Assembly (NCBI GenBank): GCA_963552815.1
Contig: CAUVMS010000002.1
Location: 20 to 64,019, forward strand
Direction of reading: 5' to 3'
Source of the DNA: an uncultured Actinomyces sp.
Lineage (GTDB): Bacteria; Actinomycetota; Actinomycetes; Actinomycetales; Actinomycetaceae
DNA: 64,000 nucleotides
The position numbers and the translations under genes are program-made. This document shows positions 10,369 to 19,912 of the stretch, in pieces. Each line of letters begins with the position of its first letter. The first letter of the stretch is position 1. The notes beneath the pieces were generated by a model, which worked only from the letters and a program-made list of their open reading frames with translations, was not told the DNA's origin and made no database searches.

Positions 10369-12177
10369 TCAGGGCCTGCCGAACAGGGCACGAACCTCAG
10401 CGGCCAGGAGCACGGAGCCGACGATGAGGATTCCCGAGGCGGTCAGCGGGGTGTCATAGCCCTCGGACAGGGCCACGGCCCGCTCCACCCCCTCACCGAG
10501 ATGCTGGCTCACCACGACACGGTCGGCGCCGTAGACCTCCTTGGCGATCTCGCCCAGGTCGTCAACGTCCATGGCCCGCGGCGAGTCGATGGGGACACAC
10601 ACGACGGCGTCAGTCACCGGCTCCAGGCCCGCCAGGATCCCCTCGGCGTCCTTGTCCGCCATGACGCCCAGGACCGCGACGAGGTGCTGGAAGCCGAAGA
10701 CCTCCTCGATGGCGCCGGTGAGGGCCTCGATGCCGTGGGGGTTGTGGGCGGCGTCGACCAGGACCGTGGGCGAGGATCGCAGGACCTCCAGGCGGCCAGG
10801 GCTGGTGGCGGAGGCGAAGCCGTCCTCGACGACCCGCGCGGGAAGCCGGCGCCCGCCGTGGATCGCCTCGGCGGCCGCCAGGGCCAGCAGAGCGTTGTGG
10901 GCCTGGTACTCCCCGTGCAGGGGGACGAAGACGTCCTCGTAGACTGCCGCCGCAGTGGCCAGCGTGACGAGCTGGCCACCGACGGCGAGCTGGCGGTCGA
11001 GGACCTGCAGGACACCGGCCTCCGGCGAGGTGAGATCCTCCTCCGGGTCGCGCTCGCGGCGCACGATGGCCCGGTGCTCGGTGGCGGCCTGCTCGATCTC
11101 GGCGGCGGCGTCGGGGACCTGCTGGGCGACGACGACGGTGGAGCCGTCCTTGATGACGCCGGCCTTCTCGTAGGCGATCTCGGTGATCGAGGAGCCGAGC
11201 CAGCGCTCGTGGTCGCGACCGATCGGGGTGATGACGGCGACGTCGGGGCCGATGACGTTCGTGGCGTCCCAGCGTCCGCCCAGGCCGACCTCGATGATGG
11301 CGACGTCGACGGGGTAGTCGGCGAAGGCGGCCAGGGCCATGACGGCCAGGACCTCGAAGAAGGACAGGCGCGGCCCGCCGTCGGCCTGGGAGCGCTCGTC
11401 GACCATGGCGATATAGGGGGCTACATCCTCCCAGGCGGCGATAAAACCCTCCTCACTGATCGGCTCGCCGTCCAGGCTGATGCGCTCGCGGATGGTGGCC
11501 AGGTGGGGGCTGGTGAAGCGACCGGTGCGCATGCCACCGGCGGCCAGAAGGCGCTCGGTCATGCGGGCGGTGGAGGTCTTACCGTTAGTGCCGGTGATGT
11601 GGACGGTGCGGTAGGTGCGCTCGGGGTTACCCAGGAGATCGAGGACGGCTTCGACACGTTCCAGAGAGGGCTGGACCTGGTGCTCGGGTGCGCGGGAGAG
11701 GATCTCGGCCTCGACCTGGCGCATGCGGGCGGAGACCTCGACGGCGCGGGCGGCAGCCTCCAGGTCGCGCAGATGCTCGTCCTCGGGGGCATCGGGGAGC
11801 TGGGGCTCCCAGGACTCCCAGTCGTCGGAGTCATCGGCATCGACCTCGGCGAGGAGCTCCTCGAGGCGATCGGCGCCCCCACCGGGGATCATGTTGGCGG
11901 CGACGAGCTCGCGCAGGGCCTCGAGGTCCTCGCGGTCCCGGGCCTCGTCATCGGCCTCCCGCTGGGCACCGGCTTCCTGGAGCTCGGAGACCGAGACGGT
12001 CCGGCCGTCGCCATCGGTGGGAATGGGAGCGCCGGAGGCCTCCAGGTAGGGCAGAAGCTCGGGGTCGACGCCGGTCTCACCGAAGACGGCGTCGACAACC
12101 TCCTCCCCCGTGGCACCCTCGGGGATGCCGAAGGCGGCACCCGGGTTGGTCTGCTTGGAGTCGTCGCCTACGGGCAC
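10369..12177 (-). CDS. folC: Folylpolyglutamate/dihydrofolate synthase with acidic N-terminal extension
   Basis: HITGTNGKTS, FTSPHL, EVGLGGRWDATN, PGRLE and DAAHNP motifs. Confidence 0.95.
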   Translation of the reverse strand: MPVGDDSKQTNPGAAFGIPEGATGEEVVDAVFGETGVDPELLPYLEASGAPIPTDGDGRTVSVSELQEAGAQREADDEARDREDLEALRELVAANMIPGGGADRLEELLAEVDADDSDDWESWEPQLPDAPEDEHLRDLEAAARAVEVSARMRQVEAEILSRAPEHQVQPSLERVEAVLDLLGNPERTYRTVHITGTNGKTSTARMTERLLAAGGMRTGRFTSPHLATIRERISLDGEPISEEGFIAAWEDVAPYIAMVDERSQADGGPRLSFFEVLAVMALAAFADYPVDVAIIEVGLGGRWDATNVIGPDVAVITPIGRDHERWLGSSITEIAYEKAGVIKDGSTVVVAQQVPDAAAEIEQAATEHRAIVRRERDPEEDLTSPEAGVLQVLDRQLAVGGQLVTLATAAAVYEDVFVPLHGEYQAHNALLALAAAEAIHGGRRLPARVVEDGFASATSPGRLEVLRSSPTVLVDAAHNPHGIEALTGAIEEVFGFQHLVAVLGVMADKDAEGILAGLEPVTDAVVCVPIDSPRAMDVDDLGEIAKEVYGADRVVVSQHLGEGVERAVALSEGYDTPLTASGILIVGSVLLAAEVRALFGRP

Positions 12178-12542
12178 TGCGCCATCCTTTACTCGACGTG
12201 ACGGTCTGGACAGGTGCGCTCCCCCGCACCCCTGGCCGGCCCTAATCTAGCCGAGATGGTGGTACCCGCTCGCGCCGGACACTCGCACCGGCCCACCGAG
12301 CGCTGTCCGACGATCTCCCACCCTGCCCTGCACGGCGACGCACAGACACCCCAATGATTTTCCTTTAAACATTATTTGACCCGGCAGCATATCTCGCCAC
12401 CACCTCCACGATCCACATGATTGCGAAATCAAATTTCTATGGGCACATCCTAATACTTGGTGAAATATTTGAGGAATTCACCAGGGAACCTCGTGGACGC
12501 AGGGGTAGACATACCCCCTGTACGCCTGCCTAGTCTTTTACT

Positions 12543-13865
12543 ATGCGTTTGTCGGTGATTGGTTGCGGATATCTCGGTGCTGTTCATGCTGCGTCAATGG
12601 CGGAGCTGGGACACGATGTCATAGGAGTAGACGTCGATGCTCGCAAGGTGGAGCTGCTGAGTAATGGCCGGGCTCCGTTCTTCGAGCCCGGGCTGGAGGA
12701 ACTTCTGGCTCGCAACGTGGAGGCCGGTCGTCTGACCTTTACCCAGGACTTCTCCGCCATTGAAGGCGCCCAGATTCATTTCATCGGCGTGGGCACCCCG
12801 CAGTCAGAGTCAGGGGCGGCGGATATGACGTACGTCGACGCGGCGGTCGCCTCCATGCTTCCCCACCTGGGGCGGTGCACCAGCGGTCCTGAGGTGGTCG
12901 CCGGCAAGTCGACGGTGCCCGTCGGCACCTCCTCGCGCCTGGCCCAGGTGATCGAGCCGACCGGAGCGCTGCTGGTATGGAACCCGGAGTTCCTGAGGGA
13001 GGGCTTCGCCGTGCAGGACACGCTTCACCCGGACCGCATGGTCTATGGACTGCCGGCCGATCCGGGCGCCGCCACCAGGGCGCAGGAGGCGATGGACGCG
13101 GCCTATGAGCAGATCCTGGCCTCCGGCACCCCTCGCCTCCTCATGGACTATGCGACTGCCGAGCTGGTCAAGATCAGTGCGAACGCCTTCCTGGCCACGA
13201 AGATCTCCTTCATCAACGCCATGTCCCAGGTCTGCGACGCCGCAGGTGCCAATGTGACGGCTCTGGCGGAAGCGATCGGTATGGACAACCGCATCGGTCA
13301 TCGTTTCCTGCGCGCCGGTATCGGGTTCGGAGGCGGCTGCCTCCCCAAGGACATCCGTGCCTTCCAGGCCCGCGCCAACGAGCTCGGCGTCGGCGACGCG
13401 TTGGCCTTCCTCGCAGACGTGGACAAGGTGAACGACACCATGCGCGCTGGTGTCATCCGCACGGTGCGGGAGCTCCTGGGTGATCGCCTGGCCGAGGCCA
13501 CGGTGACGGTGCTCGGAGCGGCCTTCAAACCGGACAGCGATGACATGCGCAACTCCCCCGCCCTGGATCTCGCCGTGGAGCTGGCGGGCCTGGCTGGGCG
13601 GGTCGTGGTGCACGACCCTGCCGCCGGTCCGATCCTCGCGGAGCGGTCGAACCTTCCGTACGAGGTCGCCCCGTCCGCGCAGTCGGCCCTGAAGGACACG
13701 GACCTTGTCATCATCGGCACGGAGTGGCGCGAGTACCAGGACCTCGACCCCACCCAGGTGGCCGACCTGGCACGCACTCGCTACATGATCGATGGACGTA
13801 ACTGCCTGGATGCGCAGGCCTGGAAGGCGGCCGGCTGGAGCTACCGAGGCATCGGTCGGCGGTGA
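12543..13865 (+). CDS. ugd: UDP-glucose 6-dehydrogenase family protein
   Basis: GCGYLG, KSTVPVG, NPEFLREG, GFGGGCLPKD and AFKPDSDDMRNSP motifs; TAGTCT 6 nt upstream suggests a leaderless start. Confidence 0.93.
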   Translation: MRLSVIGCGYLGAVHAASMAELGHDVIGVDVDARKVELLSNGRAPFFEPGLEELLARNVEAGRLTFTQDFSAIEGAQIHFIGVGTPQSESGAADMTYVDAAVASMLPHLGRCTSGPEVVAGKSTVPVGTSSRLAQVIEPTGALLVWNPEFLREGFAVQDTLHPDRMVYGLPADPGAATRAQEAMDAAYEQILASGTPRLLMDYATAELVKISANAFLATKISFINAMSQVCDAAGANVTALAEAIGMDNRIGHRFLRAGIGFGGGCLPKDIRAFQARANELGVGDALAFLADVDKVNDTMRAGVIRTVRELLGDRLAEATVTVLGAAFKPDSDDMRNSPALDLAVELAGLAGRVVVHDPAAGPILAERSNLPYEVAPSAQSALKDTDLVIIGTEWREYQDLDPTQVADLARTRYMIDGRNCLDAQAWKAAGWSYRGIGRR

Positions 13866-13885
13866 GCGGGCTGGGCAGCGTAGGC

Positions 13886-15313
13886 TCAACGCCGTCCAGC
13901 CCGGCGGGCCAGGAGCTCCGCCACGGCTCGAGCGCCGCTGGCCAGGACTGTCATGTCGCTGGTTGCCAGCAGGGCCAGGCAGATCCAGACCACGACGGTC
14001 AGCCACAGGCCGCCGTCAAAGGACGTACAGCCGACCATGATGATGAGCAGTGCCAGCTGGTAGGTGAGGCGAGGGCGGTCCATGGGCAGGTCGATGCGGC
14101 GCCTGAGATCACGGGCCCGCACGACCAGAACGAGGGCGTAGGCCACTGCACCGGCCATGCCTGCGCCCCAGGGCCCCATGAACGGTACGAGAGCTACGCC
14201 GAGCAGGACGTTGACCACCGCTCCCAGCATGGTGGAGACCATGAGAACACCGCTGTTCATGAGGGCCTGGTAGAAGGTCCCGAAGAAAATGGTCATGACC
14301 CCGAAGGTCGCTGCCAGCATGAGCAGGGGAACATAGCGCCAGCCCTCCGCGAACTCCGTTTGCAACAGCAGTCGGCAGATCGGTCGGTTCAGGGCGATGA
14401 CCAGCCCGGCGGCCGACAGGGTCGCCAGGGAGTAGCCCCTCAGCACGACGCCGAAGAATGCGCCATGGTCGGGTGAGTTGATCTCGCGGGCAGTCGAGTA
14501 CTGCCAGGCCTGCTGGAAGACGGAGGCCACGATGTTGATGAGCGAGGGCATCTTGCTCGCCGCTGTGAAGAGCCCGGCGGCTGCCAGACCGCTGCCCCAC
14601 AAGACCACGTAGCGCCCCGAGACGCTGACCAGCCACCATGACAGCAGATTGGGCACGAGCGGCAGGCTGTAGACCAGCATCCGACGAAGCAGCACGCGAT
14701 CGACTCGGAAGGGCACCAGCAGCCGGTACTCGGCCGACCCCAGAAAGGCGGCCACGCCTCCTACCAGGTAGCCGATGGCGTAGGACCACAGATAGCCCTC
14801 TATCCCTGCACGCACCTGGACCAGGAGCACGTAGGTGGCGATGACCATGGCCAGAGCGTTGATGAGACCGTAGGCCACGAAGCGGCGCACATGCCCCAAC
14901 CCGCGGGCGAGCTGGGTCGTGGCCTTGAAGACGCACACCGAGCAGAACAGGACGAAGAAGGACGCCGCATGCTCCATACCCCACACAGCGCTGCCCAGGG
15001 AGCACAGCACCCCGGTGCACGCAACGCCACCCCCCAGAACCAGCAGGGAGTTGGCGAAAAGCTCATCCTTGGGAACATCGTCGTCGATCGAGAAACGATA
15101 GAGGGCCTCAACCACACCCAGGGAGAGCAGCGGCAGCACGATCTCAATCGCGCTGTTGAGCAGCTCGGCCGTCCCGTACTCACCGGCCGCCAAGGCGGTC
15201 GTGTACAACGGCATGAGCACCAGGGAGACCGCTTTAACCGCCAGGCCCCCCAGGGCGAAGACCAGGGTGTTGCCCAGCAGGAGCGTCATGCGCCCCTTAA
15301 GGTTTGCCGACAC
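13886..15313 (-). CDS. wzx: Wzx polysaccharide flippase, copy 1 (475 aa)
   Basis: Polytopic membrane protein with LMPLYT...EYG and YSLPLVPN motifs; GTG start chosen by colinearity with copy 2. Confidence 0.88.
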   Translation of the reverse strand: MSANLKGRMTLLLGNTLVFALGGLAVKAVSLVLMPLYTTALAAGEYGTAELLNSAIEIVLPLLSLGVVEALYRFSIDDDVPKDELFANSLLVLGGGVACTGVLCSLGSAVWGMEHAASFFVLFCSVCVFKATTQLARGLGHVRRFVAYGLINALAMVIATYVLLVQVRAGIEGYLWSYAIGYLVGGVAAFLGSAEYRLLVPFRVDRVLLRRMLVYSLPLVPNLLSWWLVSVSGRYVVLWGSGLAAAGLFTAASKMPSLINIVASVFQQAWQYSTAREINSPDHGAFFGVVLRGYSLATLSAAGLVIALNRPICRLLLQTEFAEGWRYVPLLMLAATFGVMTIFFGTFYQALMNSGVLMVSTMLGAVVNVLLGVALVPFMGPWGAGMAGAVAYALVLVVRARDLRRRIDLPMDRPRLTYQLALLIIMVGCTSFDGGLWLTVVVWICLALLATSDMTVLASGARAVAELLARRAGRR

Positions 15314-16283
15314 CGAACTGCGCCTTCCAGGTCTCGATGAGGTCGAAGTCCAGGCCATGAATCCTCGTCGCCCAGGAGGACTCGACCAGGTCGGCCAGGT
15401 CAGTCTCGATGGAGTCACGCTCCACCAGCGGCAGCGAGTAGTCCTTTCCCATCTCCCGCGCCCGGTAGTCGATGGCCACGATGATGGCGCGCCGTCGCCG
15501 TTGCAGGGCGAAGATGCCGCCGTGCAGGCGGTTCCCCACATAGTCGGTACCTCGGTCTAGAACCGCCCGGAACCCGGCCAGGTTCGGCGGGACGATCTCG
15601 ACGTCGTCGGCCGCGCCCAGCGCATGCAGATAGCTCAGGTCATTGATGGACTGGGGCCAGAAGTGCAGCCGGGAGTAGTGCCTGCGCAGCACATCGATCA
15701 TCGCCCTGTCCTTGCGGGGATCAGGGTGGTAGGAGGTGAGGGTGAAGACGACCTCGTCACCCTTGGTACGGGCAATGGCCTCACAGTGCTCGGGACTCAG
15801 CCCCCACAAGGTGGGGCAGCCGGTGTTCCATGCTCGTAGTCCCAAGCTCTCCAGCAACCTCCTGCTCCGCTCGTCACGTACCGAGTGCACGACGTCGCCA
15901 GCCAGCACCTTGCGGTAGAGGGCTCGCGTGTAGAGGTTGACCGAAGAGGAGTTGACACCCGCCCCGACGCCCAAGCACACCGTGCCAGCGACCATCCCGC
16001 AGTTGAGGTAGTTGATGTTCCACGTCGGCAGGGGACGCAGCATATTCGTATACAGGGCATTGGTCCCACACAGAAACTTGACGTCGGCGCCTTTGAAGAT
16101 GCCGAGCCGGCGCTTGTACAGGAGGTACTGGGCAGGCGGGTACATCGGAGTGTGGGTGGCCAGGCGCATGACATAGTTGGAGGAGAACAGATCAGGCCAG
16201 TTCACCTCAATTGATCGACCGATGATTTCATCGCCCATGTTGAGTGAGCCGACAGACGTGTCCAAAAGCAGAATACGCTTCAT
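15297..16283 (-). CDS. Polysaccharide pyruvyltransferase family protein
   Basis: N(M)GDEI, GVG, SVRDERS, GCPTLW and RLHGGIFAL motifs; AAGGAGG RBS. Confidence 0.85.
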   Translation of the reverse strand: MKRILLLDTSVGSLNMGDEIIGRSIEVNWPDLFSSNYVMRLATHTPMYPPAQYLLYKRRLGIFKGADVKFLCGTNALYTNMLRPLPTWNINYLNCGMVAGTVCLGVGAGVNSSSVNLYTRALYRKVLAGDVVHSVRDERSRRLLESLGLRAWNTGCPTLWGLSPEHCEAIARTKGDEVVFTLTSYHPDPRKDRAMIDVLRRHYSRLHFWPQSINDLSYLHALGAADDVEIVPPNLAGFRAVLDRGTDYVGNRLHGGIFALQRRRRAIIVAIDYRAREMGKDYSLPLVERDSIETDLADLVESSWATRIHGLDFDLIETWKAQFGVGKP

Positions 16284-16350
16284 AACGTTCCCTCCTTGCG
16301 GCCGTGCCAATTCGTTCCACGACCGATTTGATAAGGATACGTCGCATCGA

Positions 16351-16492
16351 CGGGTTTCCTTTCTCAGAGACGTTACGGTAGGGCAACAGGTGCTACCACG
16401 CGGTGCGGTCAAGACAGAAGATGCCGGTGACTGCAAAAACGATATCGACGAGCATGGCACTAACCAGTCTCTCTGCTCACAGGGACGATCCG
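16351..16492 (-). pseudogene. Decayed copy of the wzy 3' end
   Basis: Reads ~LVSAMLVDIVFAVTGIFCLDRTAW*HLLPYR versus intact YVSALLVVIAFAATTTFFLYRPEWYHLFPYR; contains an internal stop. Confidence 0.7.
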
Positions 16493-16532
16493 AGGTGGAT
16501 CCCCCGCACCTGGAATCCGTGCCAGAGCCAAC

Positions 16533-17960
16533 TTAACGGTCCCCGCTCCGGCGGGCCAGGACCTCCGCCACGGCTCGAGCGCTGTTGAGCAGAACCGTCA
16601 TGTCGCTGGTTGCCAGCAGCACCAGACAGGACCAGACCACGACGGTCAGCCACAGGCCGCCGTCGAAGGACATGCACACGGCGATGCTGGTGAGCAGCAC
16701 AAGCTGGTAGGTGAGGCGGGAGCGGTCAATGGGCAGGTCGATGCGGCGTCTCAGGTCACGGGCCCGCACCACCAGGACGAGGGCGTAGGAGATCGCCCCG
16801 GCCAGACCGGCGCCCCAGGGCCCCATGAACGGCACGAAAGCCATAGCCAGCACCACGTTGACCACCGCTCCCAGCATGGTGGAGGCCATCAGGACCCTGC
16901 TGTTCTTCAGGGCCTGGTAGAAGCTCTCGAAGAAGATGCTGATGACCCCGAAGGATGCGACCAGCATGAGCAGGGGAACATAGCGCCAGCCCTCCGAGAA
17001 CTCAGCCTGGAGCATCAGTCGGGAGATCGGCCGGTTCAGGGCGATGACCAGCCCGGCGGCCGACAGGGTCGCCAACGAGTAGCCCCTCATCACAACGCCG
17101 AAGAAGGCACCTCGGTCGGGCGAGCTGATCTCACGGGCAGTCGAGTACTGCCAGGCCTGCTGAAAGACGGAGGCCACGATGTTGATGAGCGAAGGCATCT
17201 TGCTCGCCGCCGTGAAGAGCCCGGCAGCCACGACTCCGCTGTGCCACAGGACCACATACCGTCCCGAGACACTGACGAACCACCATGACAGCAGATTGGG
17301 CACGAGCGGCAGACTGTAGGCGAGCATCCGACGAAGCAGCACGCAATCGACCCGGAAGGGCATCAGCAGCCGGTACTCGGCGGATCCCACGAAGGCGGCG
17401 ACCCCACCTACGAGGTAACCGATGGTGAAGGACCACAGATAGCCCTCAACACCCAAGCGCGCACGAAACAGAAGCAGGTAGGCGGACACGACCATGACCA
17501 GTGCGTTGACGAGTCCGTAGGCCACGAAGCGGCGGACATGCCCCAGTCCACGGGCGAGCTGGGTCGTGGCCTTGAACAAGCACACGGAGCAGAACAGGAC
17601 GAAGAAGGCTGCCGTGTGATCCATCCCCCACACGGTGCTGGCCAGGGAGCACAGCACACCGGTACACACAATGCCGCCACCCAGGACCAGCAAGGAGCCC
17701 ACGAAAAGCTCATCCTTGGGAACATCGTCGTCGATGGAGAAACGATAGAGGGCATCGACCACGCCCAGGGAGAGCAGCGGCAGCACGATCTCAATGGCAG
17801 TGTTGAGCAGCTCAGCCGTGCCGTACTCACCTGCTGTCAGAGAGGTCGTGTACAAGGGCATGAGCACCAAGGACACCGCCTTGACCGCCAAGCCCCCCAG
17901 AGCGAAGACCAGCGTGTTGCCCAGCAGGAACGTAATGCGGTTCTTATGACTTGTCGACAC
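16533..17960 (-). CDS. wzx: Wzx polysaccharide flippase, copy 2 (475 aa)
   Basis: Colinear and highly similar to 13886-15313. Confidence 0.88.
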   Translation of the reverse strand: MSTSHKNRITFLLGNTLVFALGGLAVKAVSLVLMPLYTTSLTAGEYGTAELLNTAIEIVLPLLSLGVVDALYRFSIDDDVPKDELFVGSLLVLGGGIVCTGVLCSLASTVWGMDHTAAFFVLFCSVCLFKATTQLARGLGHVRRFVAYGLVNALVMVVSAYLLLFRARLGVEGYLWSFTIGYLVGGVAAFVGSAEYRLLMPFRVDCVLLRRMLAYSLPLVPNLLSWWFVSVSGRYVVLWHSGVVAAGLFTAASKMPSLINIVASVFQQAWQYSTAREISSPDRGAFFGVVMRGYSLATLSAAGLVIALNRPISRLMLQAEFSEGWRYVPLLMLVASFGVISIFFESFYQALKNSRVLMASTMLGAVVNVVLAMAFVPFMGPWGAGLAGAISYALVLVVRARDLRRRIDLPIDRSRLTYQLVLLTSIAVCMSFDGGLWLTVVVWSCLVLLATSDMTVLLNSARAVAEVLARRSGDR

Positions 17961-18059
17961 CGAACTGCGCCTTCCAGGTCTGGGTGGAGTCGCACGCCTT
18001 CCGCCGATAGCCGCCGATCATGTCACTGGGACCGGTTCTGCAAGAATGCACAGATTCCA

Positions 18060-18286
18060 TCACGGGACCCCTTTCTCAAACACGGTACGGTAGGCGAACA
18101 GGTGGTACCACTCGGGACGGTAAAGAAAGAAAATGGTGGCGGCAAAGACGACGACAACTAGCAGCGCACCGGCCTCTCTCCGCGCCCGGAGATATTTGCC
18201 GGGCCGACGACGAATGGCGGAGTCAGGAGCATCTCCAGGCGATCAACGAGGTAGAAATCTAGTGACACGGTCACCATGGCGAGATC
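18060..18286 (-). pseudogene. Frameshifted remnant of the wzy 3' end
   Basis: DLAMVTVSLDFYLVDRLEMLLTPPFVVGPAN, then in another frame FFLYRPEWYHLFAYRTVFEKG; both match the intact wzy C-terminus. Confidence 0.85.
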
Positions 18287-18317
18287 ATCAACCGCTCGAT
18301 CGAGCGGTTGATGATCT
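18282..18317. repeat. Perfect 36-bp palindrome at the junction of two gene remnants
   Basis: agatcatcaaccgctcga|tcgagcggttgatgatct. Confidence 0.9.
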
Positions 18318-18372
18318 TGCCTCCCAGGTTGAGGGAGCCGACGCAGGTGTCCTGCTGCAGGACCCGCTTCAC
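18295..18372 (-). pseudogene. 5' remnant of a pyruvyltransferase gene
   Basis: VKRVLQQDTCVGSLNLGGKIINRSIE versus intact MKRILLLDTSVGSLNMGDEIIGRSIE; GTGA overlap with the acetyltransferase stop. Confidence 0.85.
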
Positions 18373-18797
18373 GCGACCTTCTCCTTGATGACCCTGGCCG
18401 GAACTCCAGCGACCGTCGCGCCGGCGGGGACGTCGTGGAGCACGACGGCGCCCGCCCCGATCGTCGCGCCGTCCCCGACGCTGATCGGCCCGAGAATCGT
18501 CGCTCCACAGCCCACGACCACGTCCCGGCCCAGCACGGGAACCGTCTCGATGCCCTTGCGACCACCGATGGTCACCCCGTGCCCGATATGGCACCCCGGA
18601 CCGATCACGGCGCGGGGGTGAATCACGATGCCCAGGGCGTGGTGCGGGAACTTGGTATTCTCACCGATGCGGGCAGCATAGGGAACGTCGCAGGCGAACA
18701 GCACCCGCATGGCGCCGCGGACAAGGTACGCCGCGGGAGCGAGACGATGGCGTGAGAGCCACCGGGCGGCCGAGTATGAGACGTAGACAGGATCCAT
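18369..18797 (-). CDS. Hexapeptide-repeat acetyltransferase (serine acetyltransferase/WcaB-like)
   Basis: HHALGIVIHP, GVTIGG, IGAGAVV and GVPAR motifs; ATG overlaps the wzy stop. Confidence 0.85.
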   Translation of the reverse strand: MDPVYVSYSAARWLSRHRLAPAAYLVRGAMRVLFACDVPYAARIGENTKFPHHALGIVIHPRAVIGPGCHIGHGVTIGGRKGIETVPVLGRDVVVGCGATILGPISVGDGATIGAGAVVLHDVPAGATVAGVPARVIKEKVA

Positions 18798-19903
18798 TAC
18801 GGGAGCCCTTCCTCGAGGAACGTGCGGTAGGGGAACAGGTGGTACCACTCGGGGCGATACAGGAAGAAGGTCGTGGTGGCCGCAAAGGCGATGACGACGA
18901 GCAGGGCGCTGACGTAGGAGCTCTCGGGCCGCTCACCACGCGCCGCAAGGTTGGCCAATCCGACGACGAAGGGCAGGGTCAGGTACATCTCAAGGCGGTC
19001 CAGGAGGTTGAATCCAAGCGCAATCACCACCATGGCGACGTCCGCTACCGCCAGGGCCAGGAGGTTGCGGGTGCGCCCCGAGGGGTCGGCCTCCACCGCG
19101 GCGTTCCAGCCACAGGTCGCTGCCAGGAGCATGAGGAAGATGCGAGTGACCATCAGCAGCACCGTGGCCGAGCGAACGCCTCCGTCCGCGTATTCGCTGT
19201 GCATGTAATGACCGTAGTAGGCCGAGGAGGTCATCAGCTTGGTCAGGAGCCAGCTCAGCGAGAACATGGTGATGCCGATGAGGGCGCCCCACTTGAACCA
19301 GTCCCCGAAGGTGCTCAGCTTCATGTACGGAATGAGGTAGACGACGAGCAGCAGCAGCGCACTGACATGGAACTGCGAGGCGAGAACAATGAGAAGCACA
19401 TAGCGCGCCAGCTTGCGCTCCATGAGCGCGGGGACGGCCAGCAGGAAGATCCCCACTGCGATGCCCTGGCGCACAGCGAGCATGAGGTCGTAGAAGACGG
19501 ACATTCCGAAGGCGAAGAGCACCGACAGGGAGTAGCTGGCGGCATACCGCTTGATGAACAGGATCGCTGAGCTGTAGACGAACAGCGAGCTGATGAGCAG
19601 CAGGATGTTGAAATCCTGCGTGAAGCGGCTGACCAGGTAGTTGAGGAGGACGTACCCGGACTCGAAGCGGCTGATGCCCAGGGCCTCTTGGATGCTGCCC
19701 GTAGCGGCGATCTCCTTGAACACGCGATGGTACTCGATCGTGTCATTGCCGACGCTGACAGCTCTGAAGGTGGAGAAGGCCGTGAAAGCCACGAAAGTGA
19801 TGCCCAGGAGGACTAGAGAACCGCGACGACCCGCATTGCCCCGCAGTCCCAGCAGAGCCGCGGATAGGAGCAGGGTGGCGAACAGTGCGAAGTGGATCCA
19901 CAT
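18797..19903 (-). CDS. wzy: EpsG-family polysaccharide polymerase (Wzy)
   Basis: Polytopic membrane protein with FR..SVGNDT..Y, ESGY, RQGIA and FHVSA motifs. Confidence 0.85.
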   Translation of the reverse strand: MWIHFALFATLLLSAALLGLRGNAGRRGSLVLLGITFVAFTAFSTFRAVSVGNDTIEYHRVFKEIAATGSIQEALGISRFESGYVLLNYLVSRFTQDFNILLLISSLFVYSSAILFIKRYAASYSLSVLFAFGMSVFYDLMLAVRQGIAVGIFLLAVPALMERKLARYVLLIVLASQFHVSALLLLVVYLIPYMKLSTFGDWFKWGALIGITMFSLSWLLTKLMTSSAYYGHYMHSEYADGGVRSATVLLMVTRIFLMLLAATCGWNAAVEADPSGRTRNLLALAVADVAMVVIALGFNLLDRLEMYLTLPFVVGLANLAARGERPESSYVSALLVVIAFAATTTFFLYRPEWYHLFPYRTFLEEGLP

Positions 19904-19912
19904 ACTGGCGCC

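Noticed and set aside
65..12201. Long opposite-strand ORFs such as 65-973, 6097-8331 and 10072-12201 (similar ones occur throughout the window)
   Set aside because: Shadow frames of smc, the PTS gene, folC and others; expected in high-GC DNA and lacking family motifs
12501..12518. GGGGTA-gaca-TACCCC dyad upstream of ugd as a CsoR-type operator
   Set aside because: Arms are in the opposite order to the CsoR-type motif and there is no metal-resistance context; regulator unassignable
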